From the NCBI GenBank assembly GCA_017452895.1, contig JAFTLE010000071.1:1-57159 (forward strand): a DNA stretch of 57,159 bases, read 5' to 3'. Below are positions 42,353 to 55,600 of this stretch, one piece after another. The notes below the pieces were generated by a model. It was not told the origin of the DNA, made no database searches, and was given only the letters and a program-made list of their open reading frames with translations. The DNA is from Clostridia bacterium. Its GTDB lineage: Bacteria; Bacillota; Clostridia; Oscillospirales; CAG-272. The stretch's first letter is position 1. Every line of letters starts with the position of its first letter. The translations under genes were made by a program, and so were the position numbers.

Positions 42353-42402
42353 AAAATCACCTCTTTGCCGTATGTATACGGAAAAAGTAGGGTGAATATA
42401 CC

Positions 42403-42431
42403 TTGACAAACGCGCCGTACTTCGGTATAAT
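42403..42431 (+). promoter_or_regulatory. consensus sigma-A promoter of ileS
   Basis: TTGACA (42403-42408), a 17-nt spacer, then TATAAT (42426-42431). Confidence 0.55.
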
Positions 42432-42497
42432 ATTATGTATTCATAGATAATTAAGGTAAAAAACGCCCGGAAGGGCAATCGAATAGAAGGAGCCATT

Positions 42498-45644
<3,147 letters not shown>

Positions 45645-45652
45645 GAAAACAG

Positions 45653-45683
45653 CAAAAAAGGAGTGCAACGCACTCCTTTTTTT
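45653..45683. terminator. intrinsic terminator after ileS
   Basis: AAAAAAGGAGTGC-AAC-GCACTCCTTTTTTT. Confidence 0.8.
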
Positions 45684-45814
45684 GTCGTTTGAGAGAAACG
45701 GGACGCTTTTTTAGAAAAAAGCTTGGCAAAAAACCTGCTGTGGAAAATTCCCTTTCAACGTTTTTCGCGCGCCTTTTTTCAAAAAGTCGCATTCCCCCGC
45801 GCACTCTTATTTTT

Positions 45815-48211
45815 TCAGATCTGCCGCTTTTTGGGCGGGGTGATCCGCACGAGGCAGACGCTCATATCGTCGGAGGCGGAATTTTTTTGGCGCGCCTCGG
45901 TCAGCACGCGGTCGGCGACGGCGGCGAGGTCGTCTCCAAGCGGCTCGCCGAGCAAATCAAGCAGCCACGGCGTTTCCTCGGGCGACGCGCTGACGCCGTC
46001 CGACATCAGGATGACGGTATCGCCGACCTTCACCTCAAAATCGATGCGCTCGGCATCGAGCGACGGCAGAATGCCGACGGGCGAGGTGCCCGCACGGATG
46101 CGGAAAAGGTTGTCACCGCGCTTGACGTAAGAGGAGGCGGCGCCGCTTTTGATAAAGCATGCCTTACCCGTGAGCAGGTCGACCTCGAGCAGATCAACGG
46201 TGGCGAAGCATTCGCTCCCCTTTGAGCGCACCATCTGATTGAGCATTTTGAGTGTGGTGGTCTTACCGCACCCCGACTCGAGCATTTCCCTCAAAAATTC
46301 GCCGCAAAGTCCCGAGGTGACGGCGGCATCCCTGCCGCTACCCATTCCGTCGCTGATATACGCGTAAAAATATTCCTCCTCATTCTGAAAGGCACCCGCC
46401 TGATCGCCCGACACCTCACCGCTGTCGGACGGCATACTTGCCATTGCGACCTCGGCGCCGAGGCGCGTGCGGCTTTTCATTTCCATCGTCACCGAGCTGC
46501 CGTCGATATAGAATTCGGGGTCGGTGAGGGCGGTGCCGCAGATGCTTTCCGCGGTTTTTCGCAGGGTATCGGCGGACAGACTCTTGCCCTGCCAATTCTT
46601 GCCCCCCGCAACGATCCGTCGGTTTCGGTCTCCGTACACGGCGAGGGTCTCGGTCTGTACCCCAAGCTCGCGCAGGGCGGCGGAGAGGGCGAGAGTGCAT
46701 TTGACATCCTCGCTCGCCCTGGTGCGCTGATGTTTCGCCGCCTCCTCGAAAAGGCGGGAGACCATCGCGTAATCGGTCGCAAGATAGCCCGTGCGGTTGC
46801 CCCTATGGTGCTTTTCCCGCACGCCCGACGCCGCCTGCGTAAGTACCGTCAGGAGCTTGTCCACCGACTGACAGTGGCAGGTCAGCTCGGGCGGAAGGCA
46901 TCCGCCGTCAAGCGCGCCGCCGCGGTGCGACCCCTCGCAAAACGCGCGAACGCCTCGCTGTGCGGTGCCGCCCTCACTCCAACAGCTCCTCTGCTCGGCG
47001 CAGCCCGCGCAGTGCCGCCGCGCGGCCGCGGTGCAGGCATCGCAGTATTCTTCAAGAGAGGGATCGCGCATCTTATCCGACACCTGTGCGAAGGTGCGTG
47101 AGAGCCGCCCGAAGGCGGATGAGATACGAAGCAGCCTTGCATCCTCCTCTCCCGTACCCGACGGCAGACGCGGCGGCGGCTCAGATTTCGGAAGTGCCGC
47201 GGCGGCGGGCAGACGCACGGCTGCCTTTGGCGCGTATCCGAGCGCGATGCGCGTGTAGATCGGCCACGCCAAAAGCGCGGAGAGTGCAAGCTCGGGCATC
47301 AGCGAAACGAAGGTCGAGAGTCCGCCGACGTAGCCGCAATAGACCCCCGCCGCGGCGACCGACAGCGTCATCGCATAGATCCCGCCAAACCGCCAGAGCA
47401 GTCCCGAAACGGCACCGAGTAAAAGGAAGGCGGGCAGTGCCGTCCAGCCGAAGAGGAGCGAAAGCGCGGCACCCGCCGCCGCCCCCTTGATCGTGCCGAA
47501 GCGTTTTGAAAAGAAGAGCGTAAAAAAGGCGGCAAAAAAGATATCCGCCGAAATTCCAAACAGAGCAAAGCCTGCAAGCGCGCGCACCGTCACGAGCGAG
47601 AGCGCCAGCACCGAGCCCTGCCAAAGAAGGGGAGAGGCGCGTCCGTACCGCGTTTTTTCGGTCACGGGCGAAAACAGAAGCGAGAAGCCGTCTGCGCACT
47701 CGCAAAAGGGCAAAAAGCAGAGCGCGGCGACAGGGCCGAGCAGGATCATCGCAAGGCAGAAAAAGAAGACATAAAACGCCGCCGCGCCGTAGAAGATCTC
47801 ATACGCTGCCGCGCCAAAGCAAAAGAGGATACAAAGCGTCAGGCGGATCTGCGGCAGCTCGGAAAAGAACGCCTCCGAGCACGGAAGGAAGCGCCGCCTG
47901 ATCGGTGCGGAGAAAAGCATCCGCGCCGCGAATAAAAGCGCGTAGATCGCAAGATAGGCGGGCGCAACACTCCCGAGGCGCACCATGCCGAGCAGTACGC
48001 CGAGCAGTACGGCGACCGCGTGCCGCCGCACGACGGCAAGCAGGGCGATGCCGAAGGGGAACGCGCCGTAAAGCCCGTGCGCCCCCGAAAAGAGGAAGGC
48101 GAAGCAAAACGCCACGATATCGGCGAGCGCGTCCTCCTTTCCGTAGCTTGCGAATCGGCGAGCGAGCAGCTCGCGCAGGCTTTCCTTGAATCCGCTTTTT
48201 TTAACGTCCAT
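45815..48211 (-). CDS. spoIIE: stage II sporulation protein E (membrane PP2C phosphatase)
   Basis: Start MDVKKSGFKESL at ATG 48209-48211 with an AAAGGAG RBS. About 10 N-terminal TM helices. The C-terminal PP2C region has YISDGMGSG, TVDLLEVDLLTG and ILMSDGV. Confidence 0.9.
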   Translation of the reverse strand: MDVKKSGFKESLRELLARRFASYGKEDALADIVAFCFAFLFSGAHGLYGAFPFGIALLAVVRRHAVAVLLGVLLGMVRLGSVAPAYLAIYALLFAARMLFSAPIRRRFLPCSEAFFSELPQIRLTLCILFCFGAAAYEIFYGAAAFYVFFFCLAMILLGPVAALCFLPFCECADGFSLLFSPVTEKTRYGRASPLLWQGSVLALSLVTVRALAGFALFGISADIFFAAFFTLFFSKRFGTIKGAAAGAALSLLFGWTALPAFLLLGAVSGLLWRFGGIYAMTLSVAAAGVYCGYVGGLSTFVSLMPELALSALLAWPIYTRIALGYAPKAAVRLPAAAALPKSEPPPRLPSGTGEEDARLLRISSAFGRLSRTFAQVSDKMRDPSLEEYCDACTAAARRHCAGCAEQRSCWSEGGTAQRGVRAFCEGSHRGGALDGGCLPPELTCHCQSVDKLLTVLTQAASGVREKHHRGNRTGYLATDYAMVSRLFEEAAKHQRTRASEDVKCTLALSAALRELGVQTETLAVYGDRNRRIVAGGKNWQGKSLSADTLRKTAESICGTALTDPEFYIDGSSVTMEMKSRTRLGAEVAMASMPSDSGEVSGDQAGAFQNEEEYFYAYISDGMGSGRDAAVTSGLCGEFLREMLESGCGKTTTLKMLNQMVRSKGSECFATVDLLEVDLLTGKACFIKSGAASSYVKRGDNLFRIRAGTSPVGILPSLDAERIDFEVKVGDTVILMSDGVSASPEETPWLLDLLGEPLGDDLAAVADRVLTEARQKNSASDDMSVCLVRITPPKKRQI

Positions 48212-48321
48212 CTCAAAAGACTCCTTTGCATTTTTTTGCAGCTTGATTCTATCATAGCGGACGGTGCAAAGTCTGTCGGAGTCTTGGGGTCGCTTTGCTT
48301 CCCCTCGGGTCGGGAAATATG

Positions 48322-48369
48322 AAAAGCCCGCATTCCCCAACCGAAAAGCGGGGAAATGCGGGCTTTTTT
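48322..48369. terminator. terminator after the UPF0210 gene
   Basis: AAAAGCCCGCATTCCCC-loop-GGGGAAATGCGGGCTTTTTT. Confidence 0.75.
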
Positions 48370-48401
48370 CTTGTCGCCGACAGAATTCTGTCGTACGGTT
48401 T

Positions 48402-49760
48402 TTAGTTTCTGAGGCTGTGGATCGGTGCGGGAATGCGTCCGCCGCGCGCGATAAAGTCGGCGCTGGAATATTCGCTCAGCTTCATCACGGGTGCGTGACC
48501 GAGCAGACCGCCGAACTCCACGTTCTCGCCAACACCCTTACCGTATACGGGGATCAGGCGCACGGCGGTGGTCTTATTGTTGATCACGCCGATGGCGATC
48601 TCGTCCGCGATAATGGCGGAGAGCGTCGATGCGGGCGTGTCGCCCGGCACAGCGATCATATCGAGCCCGACCGAGCAAACAGCGGTCATCGCCTCCAGCT
48701 TCTCGATCGAAAGTGCGCCGCACTCAGCCGCCGCGATCATACCTGCATCCTCGGACACGGGAATGAACGCGCCCGAAAGGCCGCCAACGTGGGAGGATGC
48801 CATAACGCCGCCCTTTTTGACCGCGTCGTTGAGCATCGCGAGTGCCGCCGTCGTTCCGTGCGTGCCGCATTTTTCAAGACCCATTCCCTCAAGGATATAG
48901 GCGACCGAGTCGCCGACCGCGGGCGTGGGTGCGAGAGACAGATCAACGATGCCGTAGGGTGCGCCGAGCTTTTCAGCCGCGGCGGCGGCGATCAGCTGAC
49001 CGACGCGCGTGATCTTAAACGCCGTCTTTTTGATGGTGTCGGCGAGGCGGGAGAAATCGCAAGCACCCTCACGCCGAATGGCGGAGGCGACGACCCCGGG
49101 ACCCGAAACACCGACGTTGATGACGCAGTCGGGCTCGCCAATGCCGTGTACGGCACCCGCCATAAAGGGGTTATCCTCAGGCATATTGGCAAAGACGACG
49201 AGCTTCGCACAGCCGATTGAATCGTTCTCCCGCGTGAGGAATGCCGCACGCTTCATAACCTCTCCCATCTCGGCGACAGCATCCATATTGATGCCCGCCT
49301 TGGTCGAGGCAACGTTGACCGACGAGCAGATGTGCGCGGTCGTCGCAAGTGCCTCGGGGATCGCGGTGATGAGGTTGCGCGCGCCGACGGTCATTCCCTT
49401 TTGTACGAGTGCGGAAAAGCCGCCGATGAAATTGACGCCGAGATTCCCCGCCGCACGCTCCAGCACCTCGGCGATGCGGACGTAGCCCTCGGGCGACAGT
49501 GCGCCGCCAACGAGCGAGATCGGGGTGAGCGAGATGCGCTTATTGATGATCGGAATGCCGTAACGCGCCTCCAGCTCCTCTGCCACGGGAACAAGGTTTT
49601 TTGCCGTGCCCGTGATCTTGTCGTATATTTTCTGCTCCAGCCGCTTCGGATCGTCCGAAACGCAGTCGAACAGGGAGATACCCATCGTCACCGTACGGAT
49701 GTCGAGGTTCTCCTCACGGATCATATGAATGGTTTCAAGAATGTCGTTCGTATTCAGCAT
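48402..49760 (-). CDS. UPF0210/DUF711 (PFL-like fold) family protein
   Basis: 452 aa. [30 protein letters not shown] is the characteristic N-terminus. It is paired with the ACT protein as in other Firmicutes. Confidence 0.85.
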   Translation of the reverse strand: MLNTNDILETIHMIREENLDIRTVTMGISLFDCVSDDPKRLEQKIYDKITGTAKNLVPVAEELEARYGIPIINKRISLTPISLVGGALSPEGYVRIAEVLERAAGNLGVNFIGGFSALVQKGMTVGARNLITAIPEALATTAHICSSVNVASTKAGINMDAVAEMGEVMKRAAFLTRENDSIGCAKLVVFANMPEDNPFMAGAVHGIGEPDCVINVGVSGPGVVASAIRREGACDFSRLADTIKKTAFKITRVGQLIAAAAAEKLGAPYGIVDLSLAPTPAVGDSVAYILEGMGLEKCGTHGTTAALAMLNDAVKKGGVMASSHVGGLSGAFIPVSEDAGMIAAAECGALSIEKLEAMTAVCSVGLDMIAVPGDTPASTLSAIIADEIAIGVINNKTTAVRLIPVYGKGVGENVEFGGLLGHAPVMKLSEYSSADFIARGGRIPAPIHSLRN

Positions 49761-49769
49761 ATCGGCTCC

Positions 49770-50039
49770 TTAAATGCGGTGCATCGAGTTAAAAATATCC
49801 TCGTGCATCACGCGGATGTCAAGACCGCGGCCCTGTCCCTGCTCTGCGAGCGCCTTTGCAAAATCGGCAAAGGCGACCGAAAGTCCCTCGATCTCAACCA
49901 GCATGATCATTGCAAAGTATTCGCGCATAACGCTCTGACTGATGTCAACGATGTTGACGCCGTAGCGCGCGCACTCCTGACTGACCATTGCGATAATGCC
50001 GACGGTGTCCTTTCCCGTCACGGTGATAACTGCCTTCAT
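49770..50039 (-). CDS. ACT-domain protein (UPF0237 family)
   Basis: 89 aa. MKAVITVTGKDTVGIIAMVSQECARYGVNIVDISQ. Confidence 0.85.
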   Translation of the reverse strand: MKAVITVTGKDTVGIIAMVSQECARYGVNIVDISQSVMREYFAMIMLVEIEGLSVAFADFAKALAEQGQGRGLDIRVMHEDIFNSMHRI

Positions 50040-50160
50040 AAAATATCTCCTTTTTCATAAGGTGTCTTTCCTTATTATTTTACAACAAAAGCCGCCGCTT
50101 GGCAAGGGGTTTGTGAAATTTTTATTTTTCTCGCGTTTTGCCAAAAATACGTATTCGCAA

Positions 50161-50189
50161 TTGCATTTCACGTCCTTTTGTGGTACAAT
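50161..50189 (+). promoter_or_regulatory. sigma-A-like promoter of the lipoprotein-alr-truB-addA string
   Basis: TTGCAT (50161-50166), a 17-nt spacer, then TGgTACAAT (-10 at 50184-50189). Confidence 0.5.
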
Positions 50190-50252
50190 ATCAGTAAGAC
50201 AGGCAATGCCCTCGGAGCGCGCGCATATACATAATCTCCGAGGTGATGATTT

Positions 50253-50753
50253 TTGAAAAAGCTACTCCTTTTGCTTTTATGTACCGCATTCCTTCTCTGC
50301 GCCTGCTCCGATGAAAAGAAAAACGGCACGCTCGCCTATCAGGACGGCGATTTCTCCTTTGTCGGCAGCTTTCGGCTTGACGGAATGGAATATAAAGCAA
50401 GGTTTACACAAACCAAGACCGCAGACGGCATAGTCCGCACGTTGACCTATCTTGAGCCGACGGTGCTTTCGGGCTTCTCCTTCCGACAGGAGGGGGAGAA
50501 GGTCTACGCCTCCTACGCCGAGCATGAGGTGGAGCTGTCCGACGCGACAGCGGCACTGCAGATCTTTTCCCTGCTCGACATTCCGCAAACCGCGCAGATC
50601 GCGGGCACGGATCAGCGGGACGGCGTGACCGAAACCGTCCTTTCGACCGACGCGGGCACCTATACCCTGCGCTTTGCCGACGGCGACCCCATCCCCCTTT
50701 CCATTGTATTCACCGGGCATGATTTCGGGATGTCGCTTCGCATCGAAAAATGA
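50253..50753 (+). CDS. hypothetical lipoprotein
   Basis: TTG start 50253, 6 nt after GAGGTGA. KKLLLLLLCTAFLLCACS is a lipobox. No recognisable domain. Confidence 0.7.
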   Translation: MKKLLLLLLCTAFLLCACSDEKKNGTLAYQDGDFSFVGSFRLDGMEYKARFTQTKTADGIVRTLTYLEPTVLSGFSFRQEGEKVYASYAEHEVELSDATAALQIFSLLDIPQTAQIAGTDQRDGVTETVLSTDAGTYTLRFADGDPIPLSIVFTGHDFGMSLRIEK

Positions 50754-51754
50754 GTCCGCTCGCCCATCTTTCGGCGGCGGCACTGCTTCAGAACTACCGC
50801 TTTCTTTTGCGTCGGATCGCGCCCGCGCGCCCGATCGCGGTGGTGAAGGCAAACGCCTACGGCCACGGCATGCGCTTTGTTGCCACAACGCTTTTTTCCG
50901 CGGGCTGTTCCGACTTTGCCGTTGCCACGGCAGAGGAGGCGCTCGCCCTGCGTGCCCTGCTCCCGCGCGCTGAGATCCTCGTGCTTGGGCATACGCCGCA
51001 CACGCAGCTTTCCGCCCTCGTCGCGGCAGGAATCACCCCCACGGCACACGACCGGGAGAGTCTTGCGGCGATCACGGCACACACCGACCGCTACGCCTTG
51101 AAAATCGACACGGGAATGCACCGCTACGGCTTCCCGTATGACAACCTTCCTTTACATATTTCGCCGCGTTTCGTCTTTTCGCACCTTTATGCGGCGGACT
51201 CGGCAGAGATCGCCTCCGCACAGATCGCCCGCTTTTTTGCGGCAGCACGGCGTTACCCCTGTGCCGATACCCACCTGTGCGCGAGCGCGGGACTGCTCCG
51301 CTACGGCGCGGCGGGTGCCTCACACGCGCGTGCGGGTCTCTTTCTTTACGGCTACGGTCATCCCGAACTCACCCCCGTTTTAACGCTGTCAGCGCAGGTC
51401 ATACGCACCTTTACTCTCCGCGCGGGCGACAGTATCGGCTACGGCGGCGCACACCGTGCGGCAAGGAGCGAGCGTATCGCCCTCATCAATATCGGCTATG
51501 CCGACGGCATTCCGCAAAATGCGGCGGGCGGCTTTATGACGCTCCGCGGTCACCCCTGTGAGATCGTCGGGCGGGTCTCGATGGATTCCTGCTTTTTGCG
51601 CCTGCCGCGGGGACTTTTCCCCGCACGCGGCGACCGCGTGACCGTCTACGACAGGCAGGGGGAGAATATCAAAAGCATCGCCGCGGCATCGGGGCGCAGT
51701 ATTTACGAGCTGCTCGTCCATATTGGCACGCGCATCCCAAGGCAAAACGAATAA
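50750..51754 (+). CDS. alr: alanine racemase (short form)
   Basis: ATGA overlap with the lipoprotein stop. VVKANAYGHG (PLP Lys), DTGMHRYG and RVSMD motifs. Confidence 0.85.
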   Translation: MSPLAHLSAAALLQNYRFLLRRIAPARPIAVVKANAYGHGMRFVATTLFSAGCSDFAVATAEEALALRALLPRAEILVLGHTPHTQLSALVAAGITPTAHDRESLAAITAHTDRYALKIDTGMHRYGFPYDNLPLHISPRFVFSHLYAADSAEIASAQIARFFAAARRYPCADTHLCASAGLLRYGAAGASHARAGLFLYGYGHPELTPVLTLSAQVIRTFTLRAGDSIGYGGAHRAARSERIALINIGYADGIPQNAAGGFMTLRGHPCEIVGRVSMDSCFLRLPRGLFPARGDRVTVYDRQGENIKSIAAASGRSIYELLVHIGTRIPRQNE

Positions 51755-51770
51755 AAAAGGAAACGAAATT

Positions 51771-52670
51771 ATGTCTGAATCGGCAAACGGCATCCTCATT
51801 CTCTATAAGTCGGCGGGTATGACCTCGCAGAGCGCGGTCAGCCGCGTGCGCCGTCTTTTCGACGGCGTGAAGGCAGGGCACACGGGCACGCTCGACCCGA
51901 TGGCGACGGGCGTTTTGCCGATTTTGCTCGGCCGCGCCGTGAAGGCAAGCGAATATATGCTCGAGTCGGGCAAGCACTACCGCGCCACCCTGCGCCTCGG
52001 CATCACGACCGATACTGAGGATACCACGGGGAGCGTTCTTTCGACCTCGGACGCCATTCCTGACGAGGCGCGCGTGCGCTCAGCACTCGATGCCTTCCGC
52101 GGTGAGATCTTACATACGCCGCCGATGTACTCGGCGCTGAAGGTCGGCGGTCGCAAGCTCGTCGATCTGGCACGGGCGGGCGAGGTAATCGAGCGCACCC
52201 CGCGAAGGATCACGGTATACGCCCTTCGTGCAGAGCGCGTAAGCGACACCGACTACACGCTTGACGTTCACTGCTCGAAGGGGACCTATATCCGTACGCT
52301 TTGCGCCGATATCGGACAAGCCCTCGGCTGTGGCGGTGCGATGGCAAGCCTTGAACGCACGGAGGCGGCCGGCTTTCCGCTTTCCTCGGCACACACGCTG
52401 CAGGAGCTGGAGGCACTCGACCCCGCGGCGCGTGCCGCCCTGCTCTATCCGACGGAGCATATTTTCTGTGACCTTGAGCGCATCACGCTTCCCGCCTTTT
52501 TCGCGCATCTAGCGAGAAACGGTGTGGAGATCTATCTGCATAAGCTCGGTTGCTCGCTCCCTCTCGGCACGCGCGTGCGCCTGCACGATAACAACGGCTT
52601 CTTCGCCCTCGGCGAGGTGCGCGCCTTTGACGGCGGCAACGCGATCAAGCCGATCAAGCAATTCGGTTAA
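51771..52670 (+). CDS. truB: tRNA pseudouridine(55) synthase
   Basis: ATG 51771. GILILYKSAGMTSQ, GHTGTLDPMATGVLPILLG (catalytic Asp) and PPMYSALKVGG. Confidence 0.92.
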   Translation: MSESANGILILYKSAGMTSQSAVSRVRRLFDGVKAGHTGTLDPMATGVLPILLGRAVKASEYMLESGKHYRATLRLGITTDTEDTTGSVLSTSDAIPDEARVRSALDAFRGEILHTPPMYSALKVGGRKLVDLARAGEVIERTPRRITVYALRAERVSDTDYTLDVHCSKGTYIRTLCADIGQALGCGGAMASLERTEAAGFPLSSAHTLQELEALDPAARAALLYPTEHIFCDLERITLPAFFAHLARNGVEIYLHKLGCSLPLGTRVRLHDNNGFFALGEVRAFDGGNAIKPIKQFG

Positions 52671-52679
52671 GGAGGAGCT

Positions 52680-55600
52680 ATGGCTGAAAGGATCTGGACC
52701 CCCGCCCAACGCGCGGCAATTGATACGCGGGACCGCACCCTGCTCGTTTCCGCCGCCGCGGGGAGCGGTAAGACTGCAACGCTCACCGAGCGCATCATTT
52801 CCTCGCTGATCGACCCCGCGCATCCTGCCGATCTGTCGCGGATGCTGGTCGTCACCTTCACGAAGAAGGCGGCAGCGGAGCTGCGTGAGCGCATTGAGGC
52901 GGCACTCACCGACGCCCTGCGGCGCGACCCCGAGAATCAGCGCCTTGCGCGCCAGCTCGTCCTTTTACCCTCCGCACATGTCAGCACGATCGACAGCTAC
53001 TGTAATTTTATCGTCAAGCAAAACGCCGCCGCCCTCGGGATCTCGCCCACCTTCCGTGTGAGTGACGAGGCGGAGCGCGCCCTTCTGATGCACACCGTGA
53101 TGGACGAGCTGATCGATGCCCTCTTTGCGGGCGAATTGCCCTCCGTTGACGGCGACGCCTTCGCCGTCTTCGCCGCGGACCTCGTCTCGGCGCGCTCGGA
53201 AGCCGAGCTTGCCGATGTTCTGATCTCAACCTATGTTACCCTGCAGGGGCAGGAGGATCCGCTCGGCGTGCTTTCCAAAAACGCAAAGAGCTACGCAAGC
53301 GAAAAGGACGCACCGATCTTCTCGACCCGCGCGGGCGGGTTTATCAAGGATCGGACCGAGCAGCTGCTCGCGCACTACACCAAAGCGCTCCCCACGCTTC
53401 TTGACTGTATCCGCGACGAATGTAACGAACTGTTTACAAAATACATCCCGAAGATCGAGGAATATCTCCATGCTCTCTCGCTTCTTCAAGCCGCCCTCTC
53501 CGACGGCTACACCGCCGTGCGTGAGCAGTTAAGGGAACTGAAATTCCCAACCCTCCCGTCGGCAAAGCGAGGGTCGGAAAAGCCGCCGTCGGCGGTGGCG
53601 CTCGACGGCTTTTGCAAGAGTCTGCGCGACACGCTGAAAGCGCTGCTTTCGCGGCAGTACGCCTACACCGAGGAGCAGTGGCACGACTCCTACGCCGCGC
53701 TTGCGGACCGTATGGCGCTGCTCCTTGAGGTGCTGTCGCTCTTTGATGCCCGCTTCCTTGCGGAAAAGCAACGCCGCGGCGTACTTGACTTTTCGGATGT
53801 TGAGCGGCTGACCTATCGCCTCTTTTACGATGACGGAGAGCCGAGTTCCATCGCACGCGCCGTCGGCGAGGGGCTTGACGCGATCTACATCGACGAGTAT
53901 CAGGATGTCAACGTGATCCAGCATAAGATCTTTGAGGCGATCTCGAAGCCGCGTAACCGCTTTATGGTCGGCGACATCAAGCAAAGCATCTATTCCTTCC
54001 GCCACGCGGAGCCGTCGATCTTCGCCGATCTGCGTGCGAAATTTCCGCCGCTGTCGGAGGCGGGGGACGCCGCCTCGATCTTTATGTCGAACAACTTCCG
54101 ATGCGATCGGGTCGTCATCGACCTCGTCAACGATATCTTCACCCCGCTTTTCACCCTCGCGGGCGACAGCATCGGCTACACCGCGGACGATAATTTGATC
54201 TTTTCAAAAAAATATGAGCTTCCGCCGCAGGACACCCCCGTTACCACCGCGCTCTTCTTCCGCGACGATCAGCCGACGGAGAAGGATCCCGTCGCCGAGG
54301 TCAAGGAGATCAGTGCGGAGGCGGCGTGGGTTGCGGAGGAGATCTCGCGCCTCTTGGAAAGCGGTGCGCGGCTTCAAGACGGCAAGCAGATTGAGCCGTC
54401 GGATATCGCGATCCTTCTACGCACGGGCAAGGAAAAGACGGCGATCTACGCACGCGCCCTGCGCGCCCGCGGACTCGACTCGACGGCTGACGAGAACACC
54501 GAGTTCTTTATAAATCCCGAGATCCTGCTCGCCCTCTCGCTTCTCAACGCGATCGACAATCCGCACAGGGATATCTACCTCGCGGGGCTTCTGCACTCGC
54601 CGCTGTTCTCCTTCTCGATGGAGGAGATGATGGAGCTACGCCGCCTCGGTGACGCCGACCGCTCGCGCTCGCTCTACGACACGCTTCTTTCCTATCACGC
54701 GGAAAAGCCGAACGAAAAGTGCGAAAAGCTGATCCGCTTTCTTGAAAAATGGCGTGCCCGCGCCGAGGGAATGCCCGTCGACCGCCTTTTGCGGGAGCTT
54801 TACAGCGAAACGGGTCTGCTCTCGATGCACGCCGACGGATCGGGGCGGCGGCAGAATCTTCTGCTTCTTTACAACTACGCGCGCCGCTTTGAGGCGGGGA
54901 GCTACAAGGGACTTTACAACTTCATCGCCTATATCAACGAGATCGTTGCCGCAGGTAAGCGATTCGCCGATATCAAATCGCCCTCCGAGAGCAGTCGCGC
55001 GATCAGCATCCTGACGATGCATAAATCAAAGGGGCTTGAGTTCCCCGTCGTATTCGTCTGCGATTGCGGCACGCGCTTCAACCGACCGCATCAGAAGCAA
55101 AATCTCGTCTATCATCCCGCCCTCGGGCTTGCGATGCGGATGAACGACGAGAGCGGGGTCGTCTCGATCGAGCATCCCGCCCGCTTCGCCGTCCTTGATG
55201 CCATCGATATCTCGCAAAACGAGGAGGAGCTGCGCGTGCTTTATGTCGCGCTCACCCGTGCGCGTGAGCGGCTTTACATCACGGGTAGCGTAAACAAGCG
55301 CCCCGAGGAATATAGGGCGGAGATCGCGCAGGCGGCACGCACCCTCTCGCGTGAGACGGTCCTGCACGGCGCGAACAGCCTTTTCTGGATGCTCGCCGCA
55401 ACGGGCGGTATGCCTGGCGGCAGAGCGCCGCTCTGCCTTTCGGGTAACGGCCCCGCCGAAAAGAAGACGGCGGTAGCGGCAGAAGGAACGCCGACTGTGG
55501 CAGAGGATCCCGCACTCACAACGCTGCTTTCCGAGCGGTTTGCCTATCGTTACCCCTACGCGCATATGCTCGGCGTGCCGCGCAAGATCTCGGTCTCGCA

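Noticed and set aside
42353-42497. T-box leader for ileS (and likewise 56498-56584 for alaS)
   Set aside because: The leaders are only about 45-60 nt after the promoters and contain no Stem I, specifier loop or GGTGGTACCGCG-type T-box. The GGAGGTACC at about 56433 upstream of alaS is not followed by an overlapping terminator and precedes the alaS promoter.
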